From positions 144,703 through 208,702 of the forward strand of contig ADNK01001276.1 in assembly GCA_000320545.1 (NCBI GenBank): a DNA stretch of 64,000 nt, read 5' to 3'. How positions within the stretch are numbered: position 1 is the first letter of the stretch; every line of letters begins with the position of its first letter. This document shows, in pieces, positions 1-13,733 of this stretch. The notes below the pieces were generated by a model. It searched no databases, was not told where the DNA came from, and saw only the letters and a list, made by a program, of their open reading frames with translations. The translations under genes and the position numbers were made by a program. The stretch is from Bigelowiella natans CCMP2755. Taxonomy: Eukaryota > Protista > Cercozoa.

Positions 1-813
1 TTCTCTCTCATGCTGCATCATTGCTCTGTATTTTCTAATAGCCTGGGGTAGGGAGTTAGCATCCTGTTCATTTACAAAAGCCTTCATTATCGCCTCAACG
101 TCTCGTAGCCCACTAACTGTAGTGTGTATTTTCTCTAGCTGCCTGATCCGGGTCCTGCCTGTCTCGTAAAGGTCCATGGCTTGCTTTATTATAGCTAGCC
201 ATTTGAGCTTGTCGTTTTCGGTGGGGTTAGGGGTAAAGTCGCAGAGTATACTCCTAGCGTTCTTCCACCACCTCCTTGCCTCACCTCTTTTCCCGTTGTA
301 TTTCGTTATCATAACCGGTGCTGTTTTAACAGACATGAACTGGGTGTTCCGCTGTACCGGCTGCTGCTGCTTGACGGTGCTCTGGGTCGTCCCCCGCGAG
401 GCGCCCAGACCCCCGTCGTTCCTAAACAAAGCTGCCCACTCTGGAGGTAAGTCTGCTTCGTAATCCATGATGTCCTGCATGATAGCTGCCCAAACATCAT
501 GTGTCTGATACTTGTATTCTATCGATACTTTCAGTTTGGCGTAGTTGCTCGCCCTGGGTCGCAAGGCTCGTAATGCCATTACGACCTTCTTGCTTTCGGC
601 GGCCACGTCCTCGTCGTCCGCCTCGTAGAAGTTCTCCAGTGCCTCTGCTGCTGCATCTGCTTTCTTAATCCCGGGTGCTGGTCCCGGCGGTGCCTGTGGA
701 GGTGTTCCTCCTCCTTCCTTAGCGTCCGTATCGCCCTTCCTTTCCTGTTTCTGCTCGTGCCCTTGCACGGCCTGCGAGCCAAAGTCCTGCTGTTCTTCTA
801 GCTGCTGTGACAT
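1..813 (-). CDS. gag: Gag N-terminal part of retrotransposon copy 1 (partial)
   Basis: ATG at 813 (MSQQLEEQQD...), equivalent to 31827 in copy 2; the frame runs off the window start. Confidence 0.9.
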   Translation of the reverse strand, partial: MSQQLEEQQDFGSQAVQGHEQKQERKGDTDAKEGGGTPPQAPPGPAPGIKKADAAAEALENFYEADDEDVAAESKKVVMALRALRPRASNYAKLKVSIEYKYQTHDVWAAIMQDIMDYEADLPPEWAALFRNDGGLGASRGTTQSTVKQQQPVQRNTQFMSVKTAPVMITKYNGKRGEARRWWKNARSILCDFTPNPTENDKLKWLAIIKQAMDLYETGRTRIRQLEKIHTTVSGLRDVEAIMKAFVNEQDANSLPQAIRKYRAMMQHERE

Positions 814-852
814 TGTTAGTCAAATCGTTTCCCGTGTGTGGAAGCCAAAGGT

Positions 853-1178
853 TGTTGCGCGTAAGGTGTTCACAGGCCGAGGCGCTACGTGCACAAGTAG
901 GCAGGGGGGGGGAAAGGCACGTTTGCTTCCTTTTGAAGAGTTGTGTTTATTTTTATTAAAGATTATATTTTTATTAAATCGTGCACTGCGTAATCATTCG
1001 CGAAGCTTTCGCGAATGCCGCCGCACGTGGGGCAGCACACTTCCGGTGTGCTGCCATGAGTCCCGCCGGAACCCACGTGCCTATGCTGTATTAATATCTA
1101 CGTTATCTATATTCTATATCCGCGACAACCCCTTTGTTGTCGCACGTGACTTGTGCCCGCGTAGTGGTACGCGCTACA
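853..1178 (-). repeat. 5' LTR of copy 1 (326 bp)
   Basis: TG...CA ends with 11-bp imperfect terminal inverted repeats (TGTTGCGCGTA...TACGCGCTACA); matches 27027-27352 and 31867-32192. Confidence 0.95.
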
Positions 1179-1635
1179 AGTCTGTGTGCGCTTCCATCAT
1201 TTTGTGTGTTTGTGTGCCTGTCACATTGCGTTGAAAAAAGTGCTAGATGCATTTATTGACATCGGATGAAGCTAGATAAGGACGGAAATGCGGTGATGCA
1301 CGCACGTAATTGATCGAGTTGTCTTGCCATGTTGCATCCTGCGCGTGCAGTGTGCGTGACATGCTGTAGTGCAATCTACTTGCATGTAGCGTGAACCTTT
1401 AATGACTCATTATGTACACATAGACCACACTGAAGAAAGATGTAGGAATGATGAAAGCAACGCGTCTTCGTCACAAAGGGAAGTACGTAGCGGAGCTCAT
1501 AGAGATGCAGATGTGGAGCAAGCAAGAAAGTGTGCTCCACATGTTGCTTTTGCCGTCTTGAGATGCCGGTGCAGCACACGACATTGAATCAAGAGCATTA
1601 AAGTTGGGAGGAAGCTCTTTTGGTGTAGGTTGTCA

Positions 1636-2182
1636 CTAGGCGGCCTCCTTTTCTTCCTCGTCACCATTAGACAACGGCTTAAATCCATCCCGTACAATTT
1701 CTTTATACTTAAAGTTTCGAGTCTAAGTGTTAGGGTGTCGAATTTTAAGTGTTGGTTTCAATAGAATTCTCGATAAAGTAACAGTTAAGTTGCTCAAGGA
1801 CTGTTCTCGAGAAAAACGAGAAAGTGGAGAATGAAAGGATAGACTGATGGGACGCACCACGATGATGAAAACAATGAAGGTGATAAACTGAAGCCCGGCA
1901 ACAGCGAAGTAGGGTCGCTGAACATCGTCGAATGAACAAAACCAAATTTGAAACGACATAGACGACAAAGGAACATTGCGAATCAGGAACTTAACAACTA
2001 ATTCGGCCAGGTACATCAGTAGATCATGTACTATCTCGCCTCCCTCAACCTTTCCTACGTGCATTCGTATTTAACACTAGAAAAATATTGGCAGCATTCG
2101 ACCAGAAATGCTAGCCCATGATCATAATTTTTTAGCAACGCAGCAACTCCTCCTCCTCCTCCTCCTCCTCCTCCTCCTCCTC

Positions 2183-2214
<32 letters not shown>

Positions 2215-3156
2215 TCTAAATGTCCGTTGTTTAGGTCGTTTGGAATATCAACTTGAAAGGATACAGTGATCCCAGCTGCAACAGCGCTGGCAAGGCCTGA
2301 GCAGTTCAGCAGATCATAAAGCATTCAAGATGTGACTTCTTACAATATGGTCACGAACGAAGGAATGGCTGGCAAGGTGGTTTACATTATAATCGCGATA
2401 AAGACAATGCTAATACTACCCGTTGTGAAGAGGTTAATCGCCTGAGCCGAGCTACGCATCTCCATCGGAATTTCTGTGTAGCAGAGCTCATAAACCTATT
2501 TGATGATGAGGAAAAGATCATCAATGCACATGAGAATGATAGTATCCCTTACTATGCTCTTCCTTCCCCTCCTTTCCCCCCCTCGGCCCCCTAATACCTG
2601 TACAGAAATGAGGACTTCGCTGACGCCAATGAGGAAGTATGGAATTGCCATCCAGAACACGGACAAATTTGACATACAGGTCTTCTTTCCCATAAATCTA
2701 AAAGGGTATTTGTAGAGGAGGAGGCGTGAGAGTGTTTTGTAATGAGGTTGGTGGCTGACTTAAAGAGCTATCAACTTTACTTTCCTTACACATGCACCGC
2801 AACCACCGAGTAGTAGTAGCAGTAGTAGCAGCAGCAGTAGCAGTAGTTGTAGGATAACTTATGTCAATATGCGAAAGATTGTGTTTACCCTTCGCTGTCT
2901 TGAGCACATGTATCTGGATTGTCAGAATCAACGATTGGCGCACAATTCGAGTACGACTTCTCCGCGGTAGTGAATTCCACCACTGATCATCAACCAATCA
3001 ACCAATCAATCAATGAATCAATCATTATTCACTTTTAACGTCGTCGGCATCTTTCCCAGAATCACATTCTTTAGGAGCACCGACTCTTTCTAATCTCTCA
3101 CCTCTCTCTCGCGCGCGCGTACGCACATTCTAAAAAATAATTCAAAGAGAAAGAGA

Positions 3157-3188
<32 letters not shown>

Positions 3189-4711
3189 AGCGGGGAGGCG
3201 GGGGGAATGGGACAAGGGGAGGGATTGCAGGTATGCCGTGTATGGCGCAGGTAACAGTACCAACCTCCGCTCTCTCGTCGCTTGATTTCGATAACTGCAG
3301 CAGCCATGACCGCAGCCGTGGATACCTTTGATCACGACGATGATGCAAATATATACCACAATCAATCATGCCGAATCGATCAATCACGAACAAAAGGACT
3401 GCTGTCCTTTCTATCCTTTCTGAAACCCCAAAACAAGAATTGAATGGAGGGGGAGAAGGAGGAGAAGGAGAAGGAGGAGGAAGAGGAGGGTAAGGATGAG
3501 CAGAAGGGTATGTTTATTACCAAAAAGCCACAGGCCATTTTCTGGAGCAGAGTGAACTTTGAGCCTGTTGTTGTCACAAATCCCCATGTCAGATCTCTTA
3601 CTGCTATCAAGCGCACGCAACGCGCAAATGCAGAAAAAGAGGAAGAGAAGATGAGGAGGAGGAGGAGGAGAAGAAAAGGGAGAAGGGAGGAGCCATCACC
3701 TTTGCAACGTTCGATAAACGGGTAAAGAAAGGAGTCGAAGAGCGGGATGCACAATACAATGGCAATGCAGTCGCCGATTTGCAAGACAGCTGCATTGAGC
3801 TGCAGAGATGATCGATTATCACGAGCAGTACGTTAGGAGATTGTGAGCAGCTCAAAAATACTGACTTCTACAAATTAACAAACAGTTACTCTTTTCTCCC
3901 CCTTTTCCTCCTATATCTATCACCCCTCTCTACCCCCCCCCCCCCCAATCTTTCCCCTCCGTCTCCCCCCCTACTACTTCTGCAATAAACTCTATCTACC
4001 TGAGTATTGTCCCCTATGTACAAGTTCATCTGGCAGCTCTGCGCATAGAAATTGCCCGACATCTGACTGTATGCGACCCAGAAGCTCGTGCTGCAGAGCA
4101 CAGGTGGTAGGACACGCCACAGCTCCTTAGCATCCAAAATGGCCTTCTCACTCGGCCCGTCGTCGTCCAAACCGAGCATCATATCATCCTTCTTTCTCTC
4201 AGCTGCCTCATCATTTAGTTGTTGATCGCCTTCATTCCTCTCCCCTGACTGTCCTACCCAATCGGTGTTGATGCAGCAGCCGCCAGTGAGCACAATGCCC
4301 ACGGCTGCGCAAGCACATCTGAGATGGCCAGATTCTTGTTCAGGGCTGTCGTCCTCCACAAATGCCCTATTTCAGGTAATTGACGGGCAACAAATTTAGA
4401 CTTTTCTGAAAGGACCTCTACCTCTTCTGACCGGCAAACACGAGCCATGCATGCACGCGCGAACAAGCACACGCGTGTACACCCGTGGATAAGGTATAAG
4501 AGAGTGGAGGCAAAATTTGAGTTAGGTAGCAGACCCGCCCACGCTGAGAGTGAACCCCACTATCATAGAGATGACGCCTACTAGGATCACGTAGCCCTGC
4601 AAGCTATGAGTCAACGACTTCTTGTATACATCGAAGAAGATGCCCATGGTACCTACATTACATGTCATTTTTAAAGTAAAATTTAGAGCGCGCGCGCGCG
4701 TGCGCACACAA

Positions 4712-4772
<61 letters not shown>

Positions 4773-4796
4773 ATATTTTTTATATACTTTTTTTTT

Positions 4797-4872
<76 letters not shown>

Positions 4873-7425
4873 GTCTGCATTTTTTTTTGACAGACTGGTA
4901 GATATATCTCTTAAACATTTCTTCCGTTCATTACCTCCGCTCGCAGGGTAGAGAATGTAGCGGCCACTCGCACCGAGAAACACCGTCAGCGCGAGGGTCA
5001 ACGCAATAGCGCAGATTGTAAATGACCAGAAGAAACCGTATTCGGCTGGAATTGCACCAGAACTAAAAGGAAAAAAAGAAAGAAAAGCTTATCACCAATG
5101 TATCATGGACGAATATTTTAAAGATAAAATCGGTCAGCAGCTCCACGTTTAGAGACAGCCACCACCACTACCACCATTCTTATCAATCAATAGCAGTGCG
5201 TTAGGAAGCTATGCATATCGCCTAGTAGCAATGGCAAAAGAGAGAGAGAGGTGTTGATCAATAATACTCACCCGTTGGTAGCCATCTGCGCGATGTAGCC
5301 GAAAGAGATCCCGGCTCCGATATTGATCGCCTGCACATACATACATACCAGCCGTATCACGACGAATATCCAGATTGAGCGGTACCAAATTTGGAAGAAA
5401 AGGACGTAAAATATGCACGGGCATAACTCTCGCCTTCGGAACACAAACGCTTTCAATCTGCTAATGTTCCACGACAATTAGTTTGCGAATCGCCCTTCCT
5501 TCCCCAAAATGGTATGTTTGCGCTGCTGACTACTCTCCCCCCTCTTCCTCAATTCTTCCTATCCTCCCATGTCATTGCCCCTCACCCAGTAGAATAGTTG
5601 AAGAATTGCTTCATACCGGGACCACGCGCGGACAACATGCAAAAGAAAGAGGGGGGGGGAAATCATCATCAAGGTTAAATTAGAAGATCGGCAAAAGATG
5701 CAATCAACGAGGCCAAAAGCTGGCAAGAAAGCCCTTTCAATGTTCAACTGTTTAAGGGAAAATAATTACTCGGAGATCAATCCTCTCTCTTCCTTCTCTT
5801 CTTACCTCTTTTTGGACCACATGATCGGGATTCTTGTCGTTGAACTGATCCCCTAATTGTATGGTGATGATGATCATCACAATCAAAACAACAACAGAGC
5901 AGACAGTTGAGCAAGCGAGCTGCCACCCATGCACGTCATTGTCGTGGCGATTTTATCGGTGCTGTGCAACTAACAACGCTTATATGACGAGGAAAGGGGG
6001 ATGTACATTCTGCTGCTGCTTTATGTCGTTTGGAACTACCTCCCAAAGTCACCACATTGGCTTTGATTCCTCCAGATCCAAGAGCCAAAAGACCGAAGCA
6101 CGAAAACATGAATAGATTCTGCATGAAGAGGAGAAGAAGGAGGAGGAGGAGGAGGACAGATACAGAGAGGTTATATGGAAGCGACAATAGTACATGTGCC
6201 CAAATATCATATTAGACCGATGAAATCTCTCTGAGTAGACGCGATAGCGATTTTGCTACCTTATTCTCATTGCCGGGATGCACTGAATAGCTCATCAAAG
6301 TGACGCCAGCCAGGTATACAAACCCTGTAGGATATTCCGTGGGTGACAAGTGAACAAGAATCATCAGTGTATAGATAAAAATGGAAGAAACACAGAAGCA
6401 AAACGCCATGACGACGAGGAGATAATAGAGAAAGGAACAGTAGAAGATGAACATAGTAGAGAATGAGCATGAATAGAGTATTGCATGCCCACGTGTCTGT
6501 AGAACTTGTCGTAAAGAATCTGATGCAAATGAATAATACACAAATCATGAGTTAGATTGGAACAGGTACCAAAAATGGCGATAGTCTTAAATCGTCCCCA
6601 GTGCTCATCTGCAATGTATCCTATATACAATGATATGCTCAACTTAGAAGATCTGAAAAACAACGCTCGTGATTGGGACACTATGTAGAAATTTGAGTAC
6701 AATAATTGCAAGCTGTGAGACTTTCATAGGTGGTACTTAACCGTGCCGCAGAATTAAGTGCTTTCAGGATTGTCAGAAATTCGCAGAATAGGTTTGTTTT
6801 GAAATATAATTAAGTTAGCTCACTACCTCCTAGCAATGGAGTCAAGTAAACAAAAGATGGCAGCACGTTTGTCAGAGCACTTGACTGTCAATCAATACAG
6901 AAAGATTTTTTAAAACCAAATGAGAGACAGAATCCTTTTTTTCCAATTAGTATTTCTAGATGTGAAGTCGTAGTCGTAGTGGTGGTGGTGATGGTAATGG
7001 TGATGATGGTGGTGGTTCTTCTTAATATTTGTGTACAGTACTGACTTTTTAATACTAAACCTGGAAGGACGAATAGCCGAAGCTCTTATTGAACAAAACT
7101 TTGATGGAGCCCGTTAATCCTACGAGATGGTACATAAGGATAAGGGAAGAGCAAGCACGTTTCTCACCCTAGAATATGCACTAATCCTGAACATTTTATT
7201 TGATTACAAGAGCCATCTTGAAAGATCTCTAGTGGTTGTGATGTCATGTTTGTACAGCAGTGTGAACGAAGTGATCAAGGCATCACCATAGAAGCAAAGA
7301 CGTTCGCACATTTCCATAACAAGAATGAAAATGCAGACATTCATAAGAATGTTCTTGTACTCGTAGACACGAGTTGGCCGGGTTGGCACCGTTGAGAGGA
7401 AGGTTGTCACCGTCTTCAACACCAT
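1636..7425 (-). CDS. POT/PTR (NPF) proton-dependent oligopeptide transporter, multi-exon
   Basis: ExxERxxxYG motif (MEMCERLCFYG); GYIADEHWGRFKTI; GSGGIKANVVTLG-DQF; YFCINIG-like AINIGAG; FWVAYSQMSGNFYAQSCQM; PYFLIGVSEVLISV; DLNNGHLE. Last exon TRNFKYKE...KEAA* ends at 1636. Confidence 0.9.
4711..4870. repeat. Compound intronic microsatellite (CA)n/(TA)n/(GA)n, representative of dozens in the window
   Basis: Directly visible dinucleotide runs. Confidence 0.95.
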
Positions 7426-8110
7426 CTTGACGTTTTATTTCCCGAAGAAGAAAATACCTGTAAATTAGGATGTAGCAGTGAGTCCAAAGCATGGAAAACG
7501 TGATCCAGATGGATTTTTTGGGATTTCTAACAGAATATCAACAGGAATCAATTCATCCCACTTAATCTTTTCCTATTTTTAACCAGCATGGAAAAATTGG
7601 TGATAAGTTCCAATGCTGTGTATGTCGTCCCGGATTAGATTTGTGTTTTGTCTGAGAGTCTGAACATCGTTTGATCCTTTAAATCCTATAGTATGTACCC
7701 TGTAGATTCTGTGCAGATCTTGATGCCGTCCTTCTGAGATATTTTTGGTCAAAGAAAAGGGTTGGGGGTTGGGGGGAGACGGGAGGTTGTTCCGCACCCG
7801 GTAGATTTGATGTCACCGACAGCGAATTCCCTAATTCATCATTTACGACTGAGCTTTTATGTTGTCGCAGGAACAATTCCGATGAAGTTCTAGTATTTCT
7901 GAATTTTCAGTTTCCGATATCCTTGCGTTTCGTTGTGTACGACACGTAGGATGTCCTGGATGGGTATCCGTCATAATTCACGAAAAATAACGCAAGTTGT
8001 CGCGCTTTGTACATGTATCCCCTCTATCCCTGCGACACACAAACAACAAAGAGGCGAATTTACTCTACTGCCACTTGCATCTTTTTCCTGAATGCGACAC
8101 AAACCAACGC

Positions 8111-9574
8111 ATGTCGCACAGGATGTTTCTCGTCGTATTTTTAGTTTCTGTTGTCTTCTCAAGAACGTGGCTGAGGGGTTTTGAGGAGGAGGAGCAGAAG
8201 ACACGCGCAACCAATGCTTGCAGGCATCTCGACACTGGTACAGCCTCCCCCCTCTTGAACCCTCATACATTACGAAGAATTTATTCGGTGCTGAAATATA
8301 TACCTTCTTGCCCGGAGAATGCTCGAGGGAGATACCTCTTAGCTTTGTGTAATGTTGGGCTCAGACCTGCTACTCTGTCCTCGGGACAGCTCTCATAGGG
8401 GCTGCAATAATCTTCTTCATCCAGGTAACCTAATGATTTATTTGTGATTTCTTTTGAGCATATTTTTCTCTTTAGAAGTACTTTAGTGGCCCTGTAAGAC
8501 TGAGGCCTGACCGGTATACCCCCGTGAAGCTCATTCGAAAAAAGGTTCCTTCTCATCTGAAACAAATAGCCTGGAATGATGTATCGTTCTTCATACTTTT
8601 TAGGTTGTTTCTGATAATGTGGAGAGGCCAACAGTTTTCTTGGTGTTTGACACGAATGTATCGGTAATGCGAGACGCTCGAATTATTGCACCATAATCTT
8701 CACAGTTGATATACTCTTCTTGACAGGGATTTCCAACGGGAGCTCATGTATCGTGTAAGTTTACCGATGGAAAGGCTATGGTATTTGACAACAATAGCTC
8801 AGATGATTCCCAGTGAACCACCATTTTTAAACTGATTTGCGTGTGGGCGTGCGTACTTGTGTGTGTGGCAGACTATGCGGCCCTACACTCCAACCCGGTT
8901 CTCCCCGTCGGAGTGTGAATTGATGATTCGAGTCTATCCTGAGGGAAAGATGACTCAGCATATGCACAAATTGAAGGTAGCTGAGCGTTGCATCACAATA
9001 GTACAATTCGGCTCATGGCTGTTCTAGTTTCCCAAAACTTCGTCTCTAATTAGGTAGGAGACACCATAGATATGAGAGGTCCAACCGGCTTCAAAAGGTT
9101 CATTAATTTCATTATCTATATTAGTTAGTTTTGGTCAAATTTCCTTTAAAATTGGATTTACTCATAGATACGGCCACAAAGGACCTGGCGTGATGTCGAA
9201 GTTGTTGAAGGTACACCAGTGATGGCGTAATACGCTTTTTAAGTACCATGTCGAGACAACAAGTCAGGTTCCATCTGTCTAGTACTATGGATACAATTTT
9301 TGTGTCTGATCCTATGATGAATGTCGACTACGATAATAAAAGTAATGAAGTAAACGCCAGTATGCCTAATGCGTTGCGGGTAACGTTCATCATTTGTACA
9401 TGTACCTCGTTGATAGAACAAAGAGCACCACCAGGAAGGCATTGAACACATCATGATGTTTGCTGGTGGCACTGGAATCACGCCCATGCTTCAAATTTGC
9501 AATCATATCATTCAAGATGAAAAGGATAACACCAAAGCATCGCTATTGGTAAGGATATGACACAGACACAGACA

Positions 9575-9654
<80 letters not shown>

Positions 9655-10227
9655 TGATATGATATTTGGTTGAGAGAATGAGCCTCATCTCTTAGAACAA
9701 GTATTGGTCTCTGTTATCCTCTTGACACCTTTCTGCATCATCGGGAACTCGTTTATACTTCTCACATTCAGGTCGCGAACTCGACTCCAGAGGACGTGAT
9801 GCTGTACGACCAACTTTTGAAGTTAGAGAGTCGGTCCAAAGGCAACATCAAGGTTTTCTTCACTGTAAGTAAGCCTTCAGAAGATTGGAAACACAGAAAA
9901 GGCCGGGTAGATGAGAAAATGATCAAAGACTTGTTTCCAGCACCATCCAGTAAAGTTGCTGTTGCAGTATGTGGACCGTCAGGATTCGAAAAGGTGTAGC
10001 CTGCCTGCAGTTTTTGCCACATAATATTGTATCTTTTTGTCTCAAGGATTCCAGTCCGTCGTATGCAACGAACATAAAATAATGCTTTATACAATTCTAT
10101 GTTTTGCGTTGTTGGAAAAACGAGCAAGGAATGACAAAATTTATTGTCCTTGCGTTTGTTGTATCAGGCCGTCGTTGAAGGACTAGTGAGCGTTGGCCAC
10201 GAAAAGGCAAGAATATGGAGATGGTGA
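8111..10227 (+). CDS. NADH-cytochrome b5 reductase family flavoprotein, multi-exon (start uncertain)
   Basis: Exons give GFPTGAHV, RPYTP, IRVYPEGKMTQHM, MRGP, FAGGTGITPMLQI, ANSTPEDVML, GRVDEKMI, VCGPSGF, ending ...ARIWRW* at 10227. Confidence 0.9.
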
Positions 10228-10995
10228 TCAGTGTGTTCTCGGCTTGAGTTAGATTCAGACGCATCTGAATTTCAACATTCTAAAATGACAGTTCGTTTGC
10301 GTGTGAGTACTAAGATGTAGCGTTGTAGTGTTTTTATATCGTTCGCATCATCTGAGCATGCTGCGAGTAAATAAAAAGCAATATGAGAATGCAAGTATAT
10401 GTAAATTTATCTCACGACCATGCTCTAGATACATGAAATCACCGAGGAGGATACCACACATGCGATTTATGTGCCCTCGGGACTGGCGCTACGATGAATA
10501 AGCAGCTATAGCTAGATAGCAGCAACAACGGCATTATTCATATAGCGCAGAATCTATTAGATCATCTAGTGCCGCCACTCTGCACTCGTCTGAAGCACAA
10601 CGCGCACGCCGCGTGGACAGCGTGCTATCGCGTTGCTGAATGTTGCATTCTAGCCTTGCATTCAGCGTACAGCTATAAATAATGCCTGTATATGTATGTA
10701 CATACAAGTTCATGTGCTCTCTGTTGCTCTGGAGTGGACTCACATCTATATGTAATTGGATGGATCGATCATCTAAACATGGGCCGCGCAGGTTTTTATT
10801 GTTCCATTTGCATCCTATAATCCATGCATGTAATAACAACGCATGTGTGACCATGCGCATTGCATTGCTCGTACTTAAATAACTAATAATGTGTTCTATA
10901 TCTGTGCAATATCTATAGCTCTAGAGCTATCTAGGTATGGCTGTAGCGGTGGAGCAAAGGACATTATACATTGGCAATCTTCGCTTCTTCTACCA

Positions 10996-12096
10996 TCATT
11001 TCCTATCATCTAAAGTAAATGCTTCGAAGGGTAGCCTGCGACTGGCGCGAGAGCTTTCATCAATCCATGAGGGTAGTACAATAGGAATACCATGTTTCAA
11101 TGCTTTGCGTACCTTCTGATATTATTAGGAAGGTAATGAGCAAAGAAATAATCATTTTTTGCATATGATACCTGAGTTCTATACTTCCAAGCTTCCGTTG
11201 TGGAAACCACACAATGCAAACGCCTGTAGGGAGATTTAAAAGAACGGCCAAATCTAATTTATTACGGCAAGGCAAAGTTTATAATTGAAGCTTACTTATG
11301 AATAATATTGTCGCATCGCCCCCCTCCACGCGATATCATCCCTTTGTATCTGCGTCGATATGATTTAACTTAAATGACGGAGGACCAGTTCTGTTGAGCT
11401 GGGAAAAGAATGGCAAAGGAAGTACCTGTCTCGGTCGATCTTTCCGGTGAGGCCTATGGCCATTTTCTTTCGTATTATATTAAATGTAAGCTCAATAAAT
11501 CGAAAGATAGAAATATTTAAGAGAGAACTTGGAAGAGCTGTCCTCGGGGGACTTTCGGAGGCAAAACCACTAAAGATTGATCCATAGTTATCTTGTTGAT
11601 ATTTGCTCCCTTCGCCTCCATTTCATTATCCTTTCTTCTCTGAGTTGAATTCTCCTATTATTGTAACAGTAAAACTCAGTATGTATACTTAATGGCAACG
11701 CAATTGTGATATCACTTCCTCTTCAATGTAAGAAGGATTCTCTTCTGGCTCGTCACTAAAAGAGTAGATAATAAATGGCATTTAGAAAGCACAGATACCA
11801 CGTGAAAGTGTTTACTTTAATCTATACACGAAATACTAATTGCACATCAACTGCAATAAAACTACCTAACTCCAGCAGTGTGAGATGGACAGTGTGTTCC
11901 ATTATCTGCAAAGCAAACCACGATGGGGTATTCTATATTTGTATTCACGAGCAACACGGACGTCTTCGAAGTAATCAATAAAAGTCAATGTTCGAGGCAT
12001 TCTACTGCATTCTTTACTTTTCATGGCGCTCTCTTCTGCGGAAGGGGCAATCCTGGCTCTTTTTGCTCGTCTCTGTCTCCCATGCAGCCTGGCCAT
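10996..12096 (-). CDS. Small protein with C-terminal BRCT domain, multi-exon
   Basis: Spliced 3' exons read GRCDNIIHK-RLHCVVSTTEAWKYRTQ-KVRKALKHGIPIVLPSWIDESSRASRRLPFEAF, the BRCT K..A...IPIV...WI..S pattern. Putative start MARLHGRQRRAKR; middle exons unresolved. Confidence 0.6.
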
Positions 12097-12569
12097 CCTG
12101 TTCAGATAAAATCCGAATCCACATGCGCTGAAACCAAAGGCATCCTTTCGCGATTGCCCTTTAAAACTCATCCTCCTGCGTCCACCAACCTCTCTTGAGT
12201 TGTGTCTCTCCTCACACCACGGGTTGTGATCGAAGCGCTGGAGGAGATGTTATTCCTCCTTCTTCTTCTTCCTCTTCTTCTTCTTCTTCTTCTGTCCTCC
12301 GCCGGCCCCAGAAGAAATATGAACGTCTGAGGAGGTTGAAAAAATCCGAAGGGGAAACATCGTGGATTTTAAACCTGCGACACCAAAAACATCGGGGACT
12401 TTTGGTCTACGACAACATTTGGCTCCCTCACCCAGATAACTGTACGATTAGTCACGTTCGCATCGTGCTCCGAGTGGTGGCAATCATCTGAGAGGGGGGA
12501 CTAAAGCAGGACTGCGTGCATTGATGAATGCCTCTCCCGTTTGGGCTAGTTCTGCTCATCGCGCTTAGC

Positions 12570-13733
12570 ATCTATGAAGGATCTGAGAAAGCAAGACAGA
12601 GGCGGAAAGGGCCAGTTTCCACTTTGACAGAGACAGATGCTCTCAACCTTCGGAAGCAGTATATGCTCAAGTATAAACTTTTGTGCCTCGTAATTGAGTA
12701 GCATTCAGTGTATCCTGTACAATAATATGGGGCAGACGACAACGGCAGCAGGAGAAAGAAAAGGAAAACCACGCGTATATGATGGAGGAGGAAAGGTTCT
12801 GTGTTTCCGCTATTGCGATAGGCTTTTTACAGGGAGAAAATTGAATAGTTCATACATCGTACCAAACAGTGGTGTTGGTTTTAGATCAAAATCTGCGAAA
12901 GAAGAGGAAATCTCAGTGTATGAAGAAATGCAGCGGGTATACAGTTCCCGACTATTCTGCCGGTGTCAAGGCTAATTTTTACACTCTTTAATTGTGATTA
13001 GAAAATAAAGCAAGCTTATGAAAAAGTTGAGGTAATATGTTCCTCACACCGAGAAAGATCTTCAATAACAATGCTCCATAATCATCAGGATGAAGCCCAT
13101 CAGACCAGATCCAGACAAAGTGAGAGCCAAGATTGGTTTTCGAGGCCAGATCTTCGTTCGCAAAAGAGATTGATGGCTCTCGCAGTGAAATCGAATGTAC
13201 CTACCTCACCGTACGCAACGAAAGTTTTGTATCATCAGACCCCTTATAACCTTATAGGGACTGGAAGGAGAACGAGATAAATACACAACTGCTCAGGTCT
13301 TCTGTAATGTCATTTTTAGTTGTACAATGGAACGTAAACTAATGTCATAAATTAGCTCGAGGATTACGAAAGAATCGTCAGCACTCCTTCTTCGAACCCG
13401 CTTTTGGAGCTACAAGGTCCCCGAAAACGCAGAAAAAAAATAGAGACCTCGTCTTCCCAGGACTCAGATGAGAAAGAAGAGAACGAATACATGAAGTTCA
13501 TAGATTCTTCGCAGAGAGGGCCGCAAGGAAAACTTCACTTACCAGGGCTGGCTTCCAAGTCAGCCGATAATATTCTTCAAGATATCAATGATATCGAAGA
13601 GGGTGCTGATGAGAGTGCTGACGATGGGGAAGAAAACGACGGAGACAATGCGGAACCCACTGAGTCCGAAGGTGACGAATCTCCCCCACCTGCACCTCCT
13701 GCTGCAGGTTTCACGCCTTCGAAATTAAAATAG
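12570..13733 (+). CDS. Hypothetical protein with basic NLS-like patch and acidic C-terminus, multi-exon; 5' end unresolved
   Basis: In-frame GT-AG exon chain (IYEGSEKARQ...RKH-IQCILYNN..., KIKQAYEKVE) and terminal exon PRKRRKK...DDGEENDGD...PSKLK*. Confidence 0.5.

Larger units (their letters stand above)
1..1178 (-). mobile_element. Ty3/gypsy LTR retrotransposon, copy 1 (5' part only: 5' LTR, PBS, start of gag; truncated by the window edge)
   Basis: 1-1178 appears identical to 31015-32192 (shadow ORFs of 95, 63 and 67 aa repeat exactly). The right flank differs (agtctg vs gggaac), so it is a separate insertion. Confidence 0.95.

Noticed and set aside
822-847. tRNA gene
   Set aside because: Only a 3'-end-like fragment (the PBS); no cloverleaf. 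No tRNA or rRNA genes were recognised in the window.
1-1178. Segmental duplication or assembly duplicate of 31015-32192
   Set aside because: Identity stops exactly at the LTR CA terminus and copy 2 has its own TSD, as expected for independent insertions.
836-1234. 132-aa plus-strand ORF repeated three times (also 26902-27399, 31850-32206)
   Set aside because: It is the LTR read antisense; its ends change with the flanking DNA and it has no protein motifs.
4522-5001. ORFs with YIYIYI, SLSLSL, CVCVCV, poly-L/V/H runs here and throughout the window
   Set aside because: Translations of intronic microsatellites.
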